Source: Vicinamibacterales bacterium (GTDB lineage Bacteria; Acidobacteriota; Vicinamibacteria; Vicinamibacterales; SCN-69-37). Taken from it: DNA of 64,000 bases. Both the position numbers and the translations under genes were made by a program. The notes beneath the pieces are model-generated. The model was not told the DNA's origin. It ran no database searches and saw nothing but the letters and a program-made list of their open reading frames with translations. The stretch is taken from positions 66,257 through 130,256 of the forward strand of contig JAURFE010000005.1 of NCBI GenBank assembly GCA_030827135.1, given 5' to 3'. Each line of letters starts with the position of its first letter. Within the stretch, counting starts at the first letter, position 1. Positions 54,574 to 64,000 of this stretch are shown one piece after another.

Positions 54574-55206
54574 ATGCGCTCCGTCGTTCTTTCGCTATTG
54601 GCCGTCCTGAGCCTGGTACCACTCGGCGCGCGGCCACAGTCTCCCCTGCTCACCCCCGCCGCACTCAACGCGACGGCCCCGGCTGAGTTCGACGCGATGG
54701 TGAACACCTCGGTCGGCAGCTTTGTGATTCACGTGAAGCGCGACTGGGCGCCGAATGGCGCGGACCGGTTCTACAACCTCGCGAAGAACGGCTACTACGA
54801 CCAGAATCGGTTCTTCCGCGTCATTCCCCAATTCATGGCGCAGGTGGGATTACATGGTGACCCGGCGATCGCTGCCGCGTGGAAGGATGCAACCATTGAG
54901 CCCGACCGCGCGATCATGAGCAACATCCGCGGCATGGTCACGTTTGCGAAGGGCACACTCGCCTCCTCGCGCACCACACAGTTCTTCATCAACTTCGGGA
55001 ACAACTCGCGCCTCGACATCGACGGCTTCGCGCCGTTCGGCCAGGTCATCACCAGCATGGTGCTCGTCGAACGCCTCTACAGCGAATACGGCGAAGGCCC
55101 CGACCAGGGAGCCATCATCGCCAACGGGAATGCCTGGCTCGTCCGCAACTTCCCGCGCATGGACTTTATTCGGAGCATTCAAGTCAATGAGGCAATGGGG
55201 CAATGA
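54574..55206 (+). CDS. cyclophilin-type peptidyl-prolyl cis-trans isomerase, secreted
   Basis: Signal peptide. FFRVIPQFMAQVG and MVTFAKG...TQFFINF. The last six codons lie in the repeat. Confidence 0.9.
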   Translation: MRSVVLSLLAVLSLVPLGARPQSPLLTPAALNATAPAEFDAMVNTSVGSFVIHVKRDWAPNGADRFYNLAKNGYYDQNRFFRVIPQFMAQVGLHGDPAIAAAWKDATIEPDRAIMSNIRGMVTFAKGTLASSRTTQFFINFGNNSRLDIDGFAPFGQVITSMVLVERLYSEYGEGPDQGAIIANGNAWLVRNFPRMDFIRSIQVNEAMGQ

Positions 55207-55357
55207 GGCAATGAGGCAATGGAATGCCCGCATGGGTGAATGAGCCAATGGAATGGCCGTAATCACTCAATCACTCAATTACATTGCGGGAATTGCATTA
55301 ACCCATTAGCCAATGGCGGCAATTCCATTGCCTCATTGCCTCATTGCCCCATTGCCT
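55185..55357. repeat. GGCAATGR-family palindromic array
   Basis: caatgaggcaatggggcaatgaggcaatgaggcaatggaatg ... ccattgcctcattgcctcattgccccattgcc. The centre contains aatcactc x2. Lies between convergent genes. Confidence 0.95.
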
Positions 55358-55362
55358 AATTC

Positions 55363-57909
55363 TTAAGCGACCTCAAAGATCCGTACCCGTCGCAGCAGCA
55401 GATCGCCGGCCCAGGCAAATGCCGCGAAGAGCACCAGCCACGGCCACAGGGCGATGCGCGAAGCGCGTGAGTCGCCGGCGCCGCGCTCGAGGGCGGCGGG
55501 TTCCGGCATGACCGACCCGCCCGTGGAATCGGCGATGGCCGCGAGCAGCGACGTGTCGGGCTGCTGGAAGCGATATTCGGCCCCCTGGTCGGGCACAAAA
55601 CTCCGCGACAAGGCTGATGTATCCGGTAGCGTGGCGTCCACCAGTTCGGCGTCGACGGCCACGGTCGAATCAGTCGTGAGCCTGGCTTCGTAGCGGCCGG
55701 GCGCCACCTGACGAGCAACAAGCGTGCGCTCGATGTCGCCGGCCTTCACGCGGATGTTGGGACGCATGAGATTGCGCGGCTTGCCCTGTTCGTCGCGAGC
55801 CTCGACGGTCAACGTCACCGATCGACTGGTGCCGCGCGCAGCGCCCACTTCCATGTCGAGTGCCCATGGCACAGGGCGCTGACCGGCGAGTTCACGCACA
55901 ACCGCGGAGAAGAAGGGACCGTAGCCGCGCCACCGCACCCAGTCGGCGGCCCAGCGGTCCTTCACGTCGGACGCGAACACGGCCGCACGACCGGCGCCAA
56001 TCGGCCAGAACGCGAGGAGTGGGTCCTCTTCCTCGGTGCCGAGCATCTCAAGCGCCGTGTCCTTGATCACCGTCGCCGTACGGCCACGCAACGCGGGTGC
56101 CGTCGAAAAATCGATCCCGTCAAGGAACCCGAGATGTTTCACCACGGGCTTCAGCGGCTTTTCGTCGAAGCCCGGGGACATGATGTCCTTGGCTTCCTTC
56201 ACGAAGATCTGCGGCACGTCCTTGGGATTGTCGGCGGCATAGTTGCGGCCCTTGCCCCACTTGGCGATATTCGTCAGCAACTCACGGTCGGCAGCCGCGC
56301 CCATGGCGACCGTGGACACGGTCATCTTCTCCGCGACCATCTTGTTGACGAGCGTCTCGTAATCGTCGGGATACGACCGGCCATCCGAAAGCAGCAACAC
56401 GTGTTTCGCGCGCGCCTTCAACTTCTGCAGCGCCATGTAGCCCTGCTCCACCGCCGGAAAAATCAGCGTGTGACCACTCGGCTCGATGCCGGCGATGGCT
56501 TTTGCAATCGACTGCCGGTTCGGACCGACCTGCTGCGGCAGCAGCGTCCAATCCAGCCCGTCGTTAAACGTCACGATCCCAAGCGTGTGTTCGTCATCCA
56601 TGACGTCCACCGCCGCCTGAGCGGAAATCCGGAGCATCTCGATGTTGGTGCCGGCCATCGACCACGACTTGTCGAGCACCATGATGAGCGCCACCTCGGG
56701 TTCGTCCTTGCGCTCGAAGGTCACGGGCAACAGGCGTTCGAGTGCCGACTCGCGGTAGCCGTCCTCGCCGAAGACCGCCTCCCCACCCGCCACCAGCAAG
56801 CCGCCGCCGGACTGCTCCACCCACTCGGCAAGCACCGCGATCTTCGGATCGGGCATCGTCGACTTGGCAAGGTCACTCAGAATCACCACTTCAAACGGCG
56901 CGAGTTCGGTCAGCGTTCCCGGCAAGCCCGCGGCTCCGCGAGTTTCGACGTCAAACCCTGACTGGTCGAGTGCCGTCTGCAGATACCGCGCCGACTGCGG
57001 CGTACCTTCGATGTACAGGACTTTCGGTCGCGGCGCGACCCACGCGGCCTGCAACAGGCGATTGTTCTCCCGCAGCGGGTCCCCAGCCGTCGTCACCACC
57101 GCTTCAAACGTCGTGGCGCCGGCATCGTCAAGCGACACTTCCAGAGCCACCGGCGTCACGCCGACCGTCAACGGCAGTGTCTTGGTCGCGAGCACCCGAT
57201 CGCCGCTTTTCAGTTCGACGACCCCGCTCACAGCCCGCTGACTGCCAATCTCGACGGTCACCGGCACCAGGCCACCAGGCGACAGGCGCTGCGGCAGGCG
57301 CACCGCCTCCACCCACGTGTCGCCGATGTCGCGAGGCGCCAGTGGATACACGTGCACGGGAATGCCCGACGCCGCCAGCTGCGTCACCGCAGCCGTCACA
57401 TCGCCACTGGTTGAACGCGCATCGGTGAACAGCACGAGCCGCGGCACATGACCCGGCGCAAGCTCGGCCCGCGCGGCAGCAAGCGCCGCCTCGAGGTCCG
57501 TGCCCGTGCGGTCAAACGTTGCGCCTGCGGCCGCATCGGCATCCACCACCTGCTGCAATGCCTGCACCGACTCCACCACCTGCGCGCTGCGGGCGAACGC
57601 GACAATGCGGGAGTGGTCGGGGCGCAGTCCGTCGTTGAGCGCGGTGATGCGGGCCCCGGCATCGGCGACCGCGGCGGATGACACGCTGTAGGACGCGTCC
57701 ACGAGATAGACGACTGAAAGATTCGACGAGCCGATCTGCATGACGGGCCGCGCGAGGGCCACGGCGAGCGCGATCAGCACGAGTGCACGCACGACCTGCT
57801 GCAGCAGGTGCTGACGCGGACTGAAATTCGTACGCGAGAACTTGCTGGCCACCCACACGAGGGGCACCAGGGCCAGCAGCCACAAGGCGGAGGGCACGGT
57901 CCAGATCAC
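55363..57909 (-). CDS. large membrane-anchored protein with two VWA-like domains (Bat-like operon, last gene)
   Basis: MIDAS-like VDASYSVS and LDKSWSMAG, with N- and C-terminal TM helices. The proposed GTG 57909 overlaps the upstream stop (GTGA). Confidence 0.75.
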   Translation of the reverse strand: MIWTVPSALWLLALVPLVWVASKFSRTNFSPRQHLLQQVVRALVLIALAVALARPVMQIGSSNLSVVYLVDASYSVSSAAVADAGARITALNDGLRPDHSRIVAFARSAQVVESVQALQQVVDADAAAGATFDRTGTDLEAALAAARAELAPGHVPRLVLFTDARSTSGDVTAAVTQLAASGIPVHVYPLAPRDIGDTWVEAVRLPQRLSPGGLVPVTVEIGSQRAVSGVVELKSGDRVLATKTLPLTVGVTPVALEVSLDDAGATTFEAVVTTAGDPLRENNRLLQAAWVAPRPKVLYIEGTPQSARYLQTALDQSGFDVETRGAAGLPGTLTELAPFEVVILSDLAKSTMPDPKIAVLAEWVEQSGGGLLVAGGEAVFGEDGYRESALERLLPVTFERKDEPEVALIMVLDKSWSMAGTNIEMLRISAQAAVDVMDDEHTLGIVTFNDGLDWTLLPQQVGPNRQSIAKAIAGIEPSGHTLIFPAVEQGYMALQKLKARAKHVLLLSDGRSYPDDYETLVNKMVAEKMTVSTVAMGAAADRELLTNIAKWGKGRNYAADNPKDVPQIFVKEAKDIMSPGFDEKPLKPVVKHLGFLDGIDFSTAPALRGRTATVIKDTALEMLGTEEEDPLLAFWPIGAGRAAVFASDVKDRWAADWVRWRGYGPFFSAVVRELAGQRPVPWALDMEVGAARGTSRSVTLTVEARDEQGKPRNLMRPNIRVKAGDIERTLVARQVAPGRYEARLTTDSTVAVDAELVDATLPDTSALSRSFVPDQGAEYRFQQPDTSLLAAIADSTGGSVMPEPAALERGAGDSRASRIALWPWLVLFAAFAWAGDLLLRRVRIFEVA

Positions 57910-59705
57910 ACCGTGATCCTCCGGTGCCAGGTCCACCACTCGACCAGCACCAACAAAAAGGCGATCCCAATGATCCATGGCCACCACGGATCGTTGGCGC
58001 GCGCGGCTGCGGATTGCGCCTGCGCTTCGTCACTCAATGATGTGCGGTTGACGTTGGAGACCTGCGGGTCGCCGACGTTCACGGCAAACGTCGTCCGCAT
58101 GCCGCCGCCCTCCGCCAGATACAACCCCGGCTTGGGGAAGCGCACCAACTGGGCGTCACCGAATGCGGTGGTCGGCAGCGTCTCGCCGTCGGCCGACATC
58201 ACGCGCGTCAGCGCCGCATCCACCGCAACCACCCCGGGCCGCAGCTGGCCGGCCAGCGTCGGCCGCCCGAGCCACTCAATCGCATTCACGACCAGCACGG
58301 GGAACGCCGGCTGCAGCGCGACGTTTGATTCGGCTTCAAGGAAGCCGAAGCCGAGCATCACGCCGCGGGCCTCGGTGGTTTCCTTCACGCTGACAAGCGG
58401 CACACCCGTCGCCGAGCGGGCCACGGGTGTCCACGCCTCGGATTCAACCGAGCGGGCGCGTTCGAGCATGACGGTCGCAGGATCCACACCGCGAAGCACG
58501 GGATGCCGGTCCGCCGTGGCCCACACCGGCTTGGATTCATCACGCGATGTGCCGAGCCACCCCGTGCCGGGTGTCAACATCGGCGAGACAAACAACGCGG
58601 GCTTGGTCGGCGCAGCCGGCGGCACCCAGTGATCAAACACAAGCACGTGTTCGGCCCCCTGTCGCGGCTGGTCGTACGCACCAGGCGCGATGTAGGTCAC
58701 GCGCATGCCGGGCAGGCTGTCGAACAGCACCTTCAGAAACCCGGGCTCCGGCGTCACCACCGTCACCGACAACTGCTCGGCGCGGGCAATCCACGCCACG
58801 GCTTCATCATCCACCGCCAACGCATTGTTGGGCGCGCTGATGCGGGCCCGCACGCGGGCGTCGCCTTCGGTGCCGAGCGCCACCACCTGCCGCACAGCTT
58901 CACCGGCGGCAAGGTCGATCTGCACGTCGCCGACTTCGCGAGTGCCACGGGCGACCACAAGACGCGCGGTCTGCGCCTCGGCGCTGTAGTTCGCAAGCTC
59001 CAGATACCCTTCCGCCTGCGCAGTCGGGTCGCCGGGCTCGTAGACCTCAAACGCCGTAATCGCCACGTTCGGCGCCGCTTCGTACACCGACTGCACCACA
59101 ACATCCGCGCCTGTCGCTTCGAGGTCGGCCATCGCGCGCGGCACGGTGCCGTCGGTCAGGAAATGCACCTTGCTGACATTCGCAAGCCTCGGCCAGTCGC
59201 TGCCTTCCCCGCCGGAGGGGACGAGCCGGTCGAGCGCCGCTTCGAGCAACACGGCGTCCGTGGACGGGCCTTCGACGAGTCCATCGGCCGTCGTCGCAAC
59301 CGCGACTTCATCACCGGCAGACGCCTGAATCAACGCGCGCGCTTCGGCGAGGGCACGGTCCCACCGGGTTTCGCCCGCCGAGGTTGCGGCGCCCATTGAC
59401 CACGAGGAATCCAGAATGATGAGCCGGCGGCCACCACCCGCCGCGGTCACGCTCGGCGCCGGGCGCATCACGGCGAGCACCAGCATCACGCCGATCAGCG
59501 TGATGACAATCCACGACACGACCTTGCGGATGCGTTCCCACAGGGTCATTTCGCGTGCCTCGTCGAGCACGCGCTGCCACAGCAGCAGCGACGGCACCGC
59601 CACGCGCGGCGCCCGAATCTTCAGAAAGAACAGCCAGGAAAACAGGCCCGCCGTTGCCAGCAACGCGAGCCAGGCCTGCCATCCCGCCAGGGCGCCAAAA
59701 CTCAT
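57906..59705 (-). CDS. BatA-like protein (aerotolerance-regulator N-terminal domain + VWA domain)
   Basis: The N-terminus LFFLKIRAPRVAVPSLLLWQRVL resembles BatA_N. MIDAS ILDSSWSMGA. C-terminal TM helix. The ATG overlaps the DUF58 stop (ATGA). Confidence 0.8.
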   Translation of the reverse strand: MSFGALAGWQAWLALLATAGLFSWLFFLKIRAPRVAVPSLLLWQRVLDEAREMTLWERIRKVVSWIVITLIGVMLVLAVMRPAPSVTAAGGGRRLIILDSSWSMGAATSAGETRWDRALAEARALIQASAGDEVAVATTADGLVEGPSTDAVLLEAALDRLVPSGGEGSDWPRLANVSKVHFLTDGTVPRAMADLEATGADVVVQSVYEAAPNVAITAFEVYEPGDPTAQAEGYLELANYSAEAQTARLVVARGTREVGDVQIDLAAGEAVRQVVALGTEGDARVRARISAPNNALAVDDEAVAWIARAEQLSVTVVTPEPGFLKVLFDSLPGMRVTYIAPGAYDQPRQGAEHVLVFDHWVPPAAPTKPALFVSPMLTPGTGWLGTSRDESKPVWATADRHPVLRGVDPATVMLERARSVESEAWTPVARSATGVPLVSVKETTEARGVMLGFGFLEAESNVALQPAFPVLVVNAIEWLGRPTLAGQLRPGVVAVDAALTRVMSADGETLPTTAFGDAQLVRFPKPGLYLAEGGGMRTTFAVNVGDPQVSNVNRTSLSDEAQAQSAAARANDPWWPWIIGIAFLLVLVEWWTWHRRITV

Positions 59706-60586
59706 GCGACGAACCGCCCCTGCCGGAAGGTCTTGAGCACGATCTCTTCCACCGGCCGTTCCACGTCCGCGCGGACGTAGCCGATGTTGTACCGCCCGCA
59801 GAATGTCTGCAGGTCTTCGGTGTGTTTCTCCCACGCGGCCGTGTACGCCCGTGCGAGCGCCGGCGTCACTTCGACGTCGCGCGTGTCACCGCTTTCGGCA
59901 TCCACAAACCGCACATCCCCCAGCGCGCCGGGATCGCGATCCTTCCCGGATGCCATCTGCACCGCGTACACATCATGGCCACGCGCCTGCAGCATCTTGA
60001 GCGGCTTTTCGTAGCCGTTGGGATCCAGGAAATCGGAAATGACGACCGTGAGGCCCGCGCGCCGGCCGCGCGCCGCGAAATTCTTGAACGCCTCGGCCAT
60101 GTCCGTCTTGCCGCCGGGCGTCATCTGCTCGAGCATTTCGAACACCCGGAAGATACGGCCCTTGCCCTGACCCGGCGACCGTTCCTCACGCACCGTCGTG
60201 TCAAACGGCATGATCGTCACGCGGTCGAGGTGCGCCAGACCGATGTAACAGAGCGCGGCGGCCAGGCGCAGCGCCTGTTCAAACTTCTCGGGCCCCTGCC
60301 CCGCAGGCGCCATGGACTGACTCGCGTCGATGAACAGGTAGATCGGCAGGTCCTGCTCTTCGTCGAACAACCGCAGCAGCAAGCGGCCAAGGCGGCGATA
60401 GGCCTTCCAGTCAATGTGGCGGAAGTCGTCGCCGACCGAGTACGGACGGGTATCGGCAAACTCCAAGCCGCGCCCGCGCTTGGGCGCGAGTCGATCGGCA
60501 CGAGCCTGCCCTGCAAACGCCTTCTTGGAGACGACGTGCAGGTACTCGAGCTTCTTGAGGAAGTCGCTGTCGAACCCTATGGCCAC
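59702..60586 (-). CDS. DUF58 domain protein
   Basis: RGRGLEFADTRPYSVGDDFRHIDWKAYRR. GTG 60586 lies 15 nt after the MoxR stop. Confidence 0.8.
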   Translation of the reverse strand: MAIGFDSDFLKKLEYLHVVSKKAFAGQARADRLAPKRGRGLEFADTRPYSVGDDFRHIDWKAYRRLGRLLLRLFDEEQDLPIYLFIDASQSMAPAGQGPEKFEQALRLAAALCYIGLAHLDRVTIMPFDTTVREERSPGQGKGRIFRVFEMLEQMTPGGKTDMAEAFKNFAARGRRAGLTVVISDFLDPNGYEKPLKMLQARGHDVYAVQMASGKDRDPGALGDVRFVDAESGDTRDVEVTPALARAYTAAWEKHTEDLQTFCGRYNIGYVRADVERPVEEIVLKTFRQGRFVA

Positions 60587-60600
60587 GGTGACAGACCGTC

Positions 60601-61593
60601 TTATGCGTCGGGCGAGACGCCGGCCAGCAGCTCGTTGACCATCACGTCGGCATCCACCTGCTCGGCTTCGCCTTCGAAGTTCATCAACACACGATGACGG
60701 AGGGCCGGCAGCGCGACTGCGCGGATGTTCTCCGGGGAGACAAACGCCTGACCGTGGCACAGCGCGTGAATCTTGGCCGCCAGCACCAGCGCCTGCGCCG
60801 CCCGCGGGCTCGCGCCGTAGCGCACGTACTGTTTGATCATCGGCGTGGCATAAGGCGACGAGGGATGGGTGCCCAGGGTGATGCGAATCGCGTACCCCTG
60901 CACCGGCTGGGCAATCGGCACGAGCCGCGCCGCGTGACGCATCTTCAGGATTTCCTCCGCATCCACCACACGCTCCACCTGATCGCTGCTCGCCTGCGTC
61001 GTGCGCTCAAGAATCGTGTGCATGGCGCTTTCGGTCGGGTACTTCACCTTCAGCTTGAAGAAGAAGCGGTCCAGCTGCGCTTCGGGCAGCGGGTACGTGC
61101 CCTCCATCTCCAGCGGGTTCTGCGTCGCGAGCACGAGGAACGGCTGTTCCAGCTTGTAGGTCGTCTTGCCGACCGACACGCTCATTTCCTGCATCGCTTC
61201 GAGCAGCGCCGACTGCGTCTTCGGCGTCGCGCGGTTGATTTCGTCCGCCAGCACGATGTTCGCGAAGATCGGGCCCGGCTGGAATTCGAAGAACGTACCA
61301 CCCGCGTCATGCTCCTGCACGATGTTCGTGCCGACGATGTCGGCAGGCATCAGGTCAGGCGTGAACTGGATGCGCGAAAACTTCAGATGCAGCACGTCCG
61401 ACAGCGTGTGCACGAGGGCCGTTTTGCCGACGCCAGGAATGCCTTCGAGCAGCACATGGCCGCCTGCCAGCAGGCTCGTCACCGTATTGGCGACGATGTC
61501 TTCGTTGCCGACGATGCGGCGCCCGACTTCCTTGGTGATGCGAACGAAACGTTCCTGAAAGTGATCGATGTGTTGTTCGACGGCTGTGGTCAT
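60601..61593 (-). CDS. moxR: MoxR-family AAA+ ATPase
   Basis: Walker A GIPGVGKT, Walker B VLADEINRATPKTQSALLEAMQE; 330 aa. Confidence 0.95.
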   Translation of the reverse strand: MTTAVEQHIDHFQERFVRITKEVGRRIVGNEDIVANTVTSLLAGGHVLLEGIPGVGKTALVHTLSDVLHLKFSRIQFTPDLMPADIVGTNIVQEHDAGGTFFEFQPGPIFANIVLADEINRATPKTQSALLEAMQEMSVSVGKTTYKLEQPFLVLATQNPLEMEGTYPLPEAQLDRFFFKLKVKYPTESAMHTILERTTQASSDQVERVVDAEEILKMRHAARLVPIAQPVQGYAIRITLGTHPSSPYATPMIKQYVRYGASPRAAQALVLAAKIHALCHGQAFVSPENIRAVALPALRHRVLMNFEGEAEQVDADVMVNELLAGVSPDA

Positions 61594-63005
61594 TGGCGGC
61601 GTTGGAAGTAGCGCTGAAGGAGCGACCGATGGGCCTCCGGAACTGGAGGCGGCAGGGCCGCGCGGCTGCGATCAAATGTCGTGGGTGCGGGCACGCGGGT
61701 GAAGCTCACCTTGGCCTGGCTCTGTTCGGTCTTGCGTCGAAGTTCGGTGTCGATGTTTTCGCCGAGCTGGTCGGTCTGGGCCTGGATCATCTCCTGCCGC
61801 AGCGCCTGCGCCAGCGCCTTCAGGTCGACCGGACCGCTGCCGCCCTGATTGCCGCCGGCGCCGGGCTTCGAGTCGCCACCCATCGCGCCGCCGCCGCCCT
61901 GCATCATCTGGCCTTCGGTCGCGTCGGATGCGGCCTCGCGCACCATCTGCATGCCCGCGGCCTGCTCCATCTGCGCCGCTTCCGCGCCTTCGCCGGCCTG
62001 CCCCTTTTCGCCCGTCTGCTCGGAGGCGGCCTGGTTCTTTTCGTTGGTCTTGGACTGGTTTTCTTTCGCGTTGGCCAGACGGTTCGCGAGATCTTCCAGC
62101 GACCAGCGTACATCTTCGGGGAGACCGGCGCTGGCGTCGGCGGCTTCTTCGGCCTTGGCCGCGAGTTTGTCACCCGGATCGTCGCTCGGCTTTTCGCCGC
62201 CCTGCGCGTCAGCCGCTTCGCCCTTGGCGAGTTCGGCTTCCTTCGACGCTTCGTCGAGTTTGCCGAGCAGGTCGCGCAGTTCGTCCATCTTCAGACGGGC
62301 CGCTTCGTCGGTCATCCCGCCTTCGGCGATTTCACCAAGCAGGGCGTCGATCCTGGCCTGAATGTCGTCGGGCAACATCTCGCCCGACATCGCGGCTTCG
62401 ATTTCCTCGGGCGACAGGCCCTGGCTGGCGAGAATCGCTTCGCGCGACCGCGGCCCCACGACAAGGGCGATGATCGCGACGGCCACCAGCGCGCCGCTCG
62501 TGAGCCACTGCCGGGTCGCCCGCACGGGCGGATACAGCGCCGTCCAATCCACCGACTGGATTCGTGCAGAGGCTTTCTGGAGATGGAATGCCGACCACGA
62601 GGTGCCGTCTGGCGCATCGGCGTCCGGAAGCGGACGTCCGGCAAACCAATGCGCACTATGGAGTTCGCCCGCAAGGCTGGCGTCCTGATCAATGGAGGCC
62701 GCTGCGGCGTCCGTGACCGGCAACTCCCGGCCGCCCCACCACGCCCACACCGCCAGGGCGATGGCGACGACAACCAGCGCAATCGCGGGAATCCCCGCCG
62801 TCCAACCAAACCATCGGCTCGCCAGGGCCAGACTCAGGGCAAATCCTGCGGCATATGGCGCCACCTGCGCCACACGCGCCCGCACGGCGCGGGCACGACG
62901 ACGTTGGTCAATGGCGGCAACGGTGGCTCTAAGCGTGGGGTCGGACGGCGTCGATGCACCCATCATGACTGTCTGGGCTGTATACGATATCCGAAGACCC
63001 GTCAT
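61590..63005 (-). CDS. hypothetical membrane protein with a long acidic/Gly-rich region (first gene of the MoxR operon)
   Basis: Three predicted TM helices, a Glu/Ala/Lys/Asp-rich coiled region and a GGGAMGGDSKPGAGGNQGG segment. C-terminal LLQRYFQRRQ. The stop overlaps the MoxR start (ATGA). Confidence 0.6.
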   Translation of the reverse strand: MTGLRISYTAQTVMMGASTPSDPTLRATVAAIDQRRRARAVRARVAQVAPYAAGFALSLALASRWFGWTAGIPAIALVVVAIALAVWAWWGGRELPVTDAAAASIDQDASLAGELHSAHWFAGRPLPDADAPDGTSWSAFHLQKASARIQSVDWTALYPPVRATRQWLTSGALVAVAIIALVVGPRSREAILASQGLSPEEIEAAMSGEMLPDDIQARIDALLGEIAEGGMTDEAARLKMDELRDLLGKLDEASKEAELAKGEAADAQGGEKPSDDPGDKLAAKAEEAADASAGLPEDVRWSLEDLANRLANAKENQSKTNEKNQAASEQTGEKGQAGEGAEAAQMEQAAGMQMVREAASDATEGQMMQGGGGAMGGDSKPGAGGNQGGSGPVDLKALAQALRQEMIQAQTDQLGENIDTELRRKTEQSQAKVSFTRVPAPTTFDRSRAALPPPVPEAHRSLLQRYFQRRQ

Positions 63006-63033
63006 TTACGTACGGCTCTGGGCTGGAACACAC

Positions 63034-63118
63034 GGTTCATGGTTCATCGGTTCATGGTTCCGGGTGCTGTTCCGGGTGCTGGGTTCCCCATGAACCATGA
63101 ACCGATGAACCATGAACC
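63034..63118. repeat. GGTTCAT-family palindromic array
   Basis: 27-mer arms at 63034-63060 and 63092-63118 are identical to those at 21231/21348. The 31-nt centre contains cgggtgctg twice. Confidence 0.95.
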
Positions 63119-63120
63119 AG

Positions 63121-63179
63121 ACACAGGACGTCCGCCAGAGCCGGCCGCGTCAGCGGCCGGCGAGGCGGACGTCCTGTGT
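63121..63179 (-). terminator. long GC-rich hairpin spanning the stop codon of the partial gene
   Basis: acacaggacgtccgcc (63121-36) pairs with ggcggacgtcctgtgt (63164-79). There is an inner stem gccggccgc/gcggccggc around the stop at 63150-63152. Confidence 0.6.
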
Positions 63180-64000
63180 CTTGCGTTCTCCGTTGCCAAG
63201 CGTCACTTTGAGGGCAGAGCCAATCAGGGATTCCAGAAACGCCGCACTGCCAAGTTCACGCGTGTCCAGCTCGGTCACGGCCGCGAGGTAATAGTCGCCG
63301 GGCGGCAGCCCGGCGACCACATAACTGCCATCGAGGGCCGGTTGTACGGCGTGGGTGCGGCGCGACCCGGGCCCCCAATGCGCGCGATTGGCCGAAAACA
63401 CCACGAGCGGGTAGGCCGAAAATGGCTGCGACGCGCCATCAAACACACGGCCTGACAACTCCGACGGCCGGTCCGTCAACGTGACCACAATGCCCGAGAG
63501 GTCGGTGCCGCCGGTGAGGTCCACGCCCTCGTCCGCGAGGTCGCGGCCGCCGAGTTGAATGGACTTCACCATCCAGCCTGTCCCCGGCTCGGTCGGCGAG
63601 GTCCGCATGCCGGGGAACGCGACGGCCGCGCGGAACCGCCCCGGCACCAGCCCGGCCACTTCAAACGTCCCGTCGGCCTTCACAACGCCGGACGCCTGCC
63701 CCATCTGCAGCAGGGCCATGGCCGGCATCTCGCGGTTTGCCGCGATATCCGCCAGTCCAAACCGGATATTGGTCAGCGTCGCGGGCGCCGTACCGTCGAA
63801 CGCGACGCTGCCTGACACCTTCAGGCCCTCACGCAGTTGCAGGCTGAGTGGCCCGATCGGCTGCCCATTCACCTCAACCGGTTCACGCGCCCACAGCAAC
63901 AGGGCATTCCCGTTGCCCCCCATCATGCCGGCCATCATCCCGGCGAGCATGGCTTGTTGCGTGGCCGCGCCCGTCGCGGCTGCACGTGTTCCCGGCAGTG
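63150..64000 (-). CDS. carboxypeptidase regulatory-like domain protein, C-terminal part (gene continues beyond the window end)
   Basis: The frame stays open to base 64000. GRFRAAVAF, PPGDYYLAAV, and the tail ...LKVTLGNGERKTQDVRLAGR parallel the C-terminus of the 3424-5244 protein. Confidence 0.6.
   Translation of the reverse strand, partial: LPGTRAAATGAATQQAMLAGMMAGMMGGNGNALLLWAREPVEVNGQPIGPLSLQLREGLKVSGSVAFDGTAPATLTNIRFGLADIAANREMPAMALLQMGQASGVVKADGTFEVAGLVPGRFRAAVAFPGMRTSPTEPGTGWMVKSIQLGGRDLADEGVDLTGGTDLSGIVVTLTDRPSELSGRVFDGASQPFSAYPLVVFSANRAHWGPGSRRTHAVQPALDGSYVVAGLPPGDYYLAAVTELDTRELGSAAFLESLIGSALKVTLGNGERKTQDVRLAGR

Noticed and set aside
61593-63455. 620-aa plus-strand ORF, and similar ORFs at 49061-50266, 26336-27721, 33178-35321 and 19934-21139
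   Set aside because: Each is antisense to a gene with clear family motifs or a coherent operon context. One crosses the repeat arrays and yields MNHEPMNHEP-type peptide, so all are treated as GC-rich shadow ORFs.

Overview
GC-rich bacterial chromosomal window. The gene content is reminiscent of Acidobacteriota or Gemmatimonadota: many secreted peptidases, CarboxypepD_reg and BNR/VPS10-like proteins, and a Ser/Thr kinase fused to a TolB-like propeller. This placement is inference only. About 55 protein genes are supported. They are tightly packed and many are translationally coupled through ATGA, GTGA or TAATG overlaps. Recognisable modules: (1) an aerobic benzoyl-CoA (box) cluster, boxR / boxC-boxB-enoyl-CoA hydratase-aldehyde dehydrogenase-GNAT, with no boxA visible; (2) a five-gene MoxR-DUF58-VWA (Bat-like) operon; (3) a sugar-salvage-like string, Na+/solute symporter - nucleotidyltransferase - galactokinase-like GHMP kinase, directly downstream of crotonase/3-hydroxyacyl-CoA dehydrogenase/kynureninase-like genes; (4) a TolC-like OMP - trypsin-like protease - M14 carboxypeptidase operon; (5) a DUF898(YjgN)-M48 peptidase pair; (6) a thiolase plus reversed-order dehydrogenase/hydratase fusion; (7) a Phd/YefM-VapC toxin-antitoxin pair; (8) housekeeping genes (lipA, coaA, ferredoxin, PPIase). 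I saw no rRNA, tRNA, CRISPR, transposase, integrase or phage genes. The most unusual signal is non-coding. Nearly every larger intergenic gap holds arrays of 7-8 nt tandem units, in families GGTTCAT, GGCAATGR, ATTGAGG(G), GGTCCAG(G) and smaller ones. These arrays are often arranged as long perfect palindromes, with identical arms at distant loci. Some supply the stop codons of flanking genes, and some form canonical G-quadruplex motifs. Two gene relics are also present: an ABC-2 permease fragment and a TVP38-like C-terminal fragment. All coordinates were derived by eye from the sequence and ORF track. Start codons and repeat borders may be off by a few nt.
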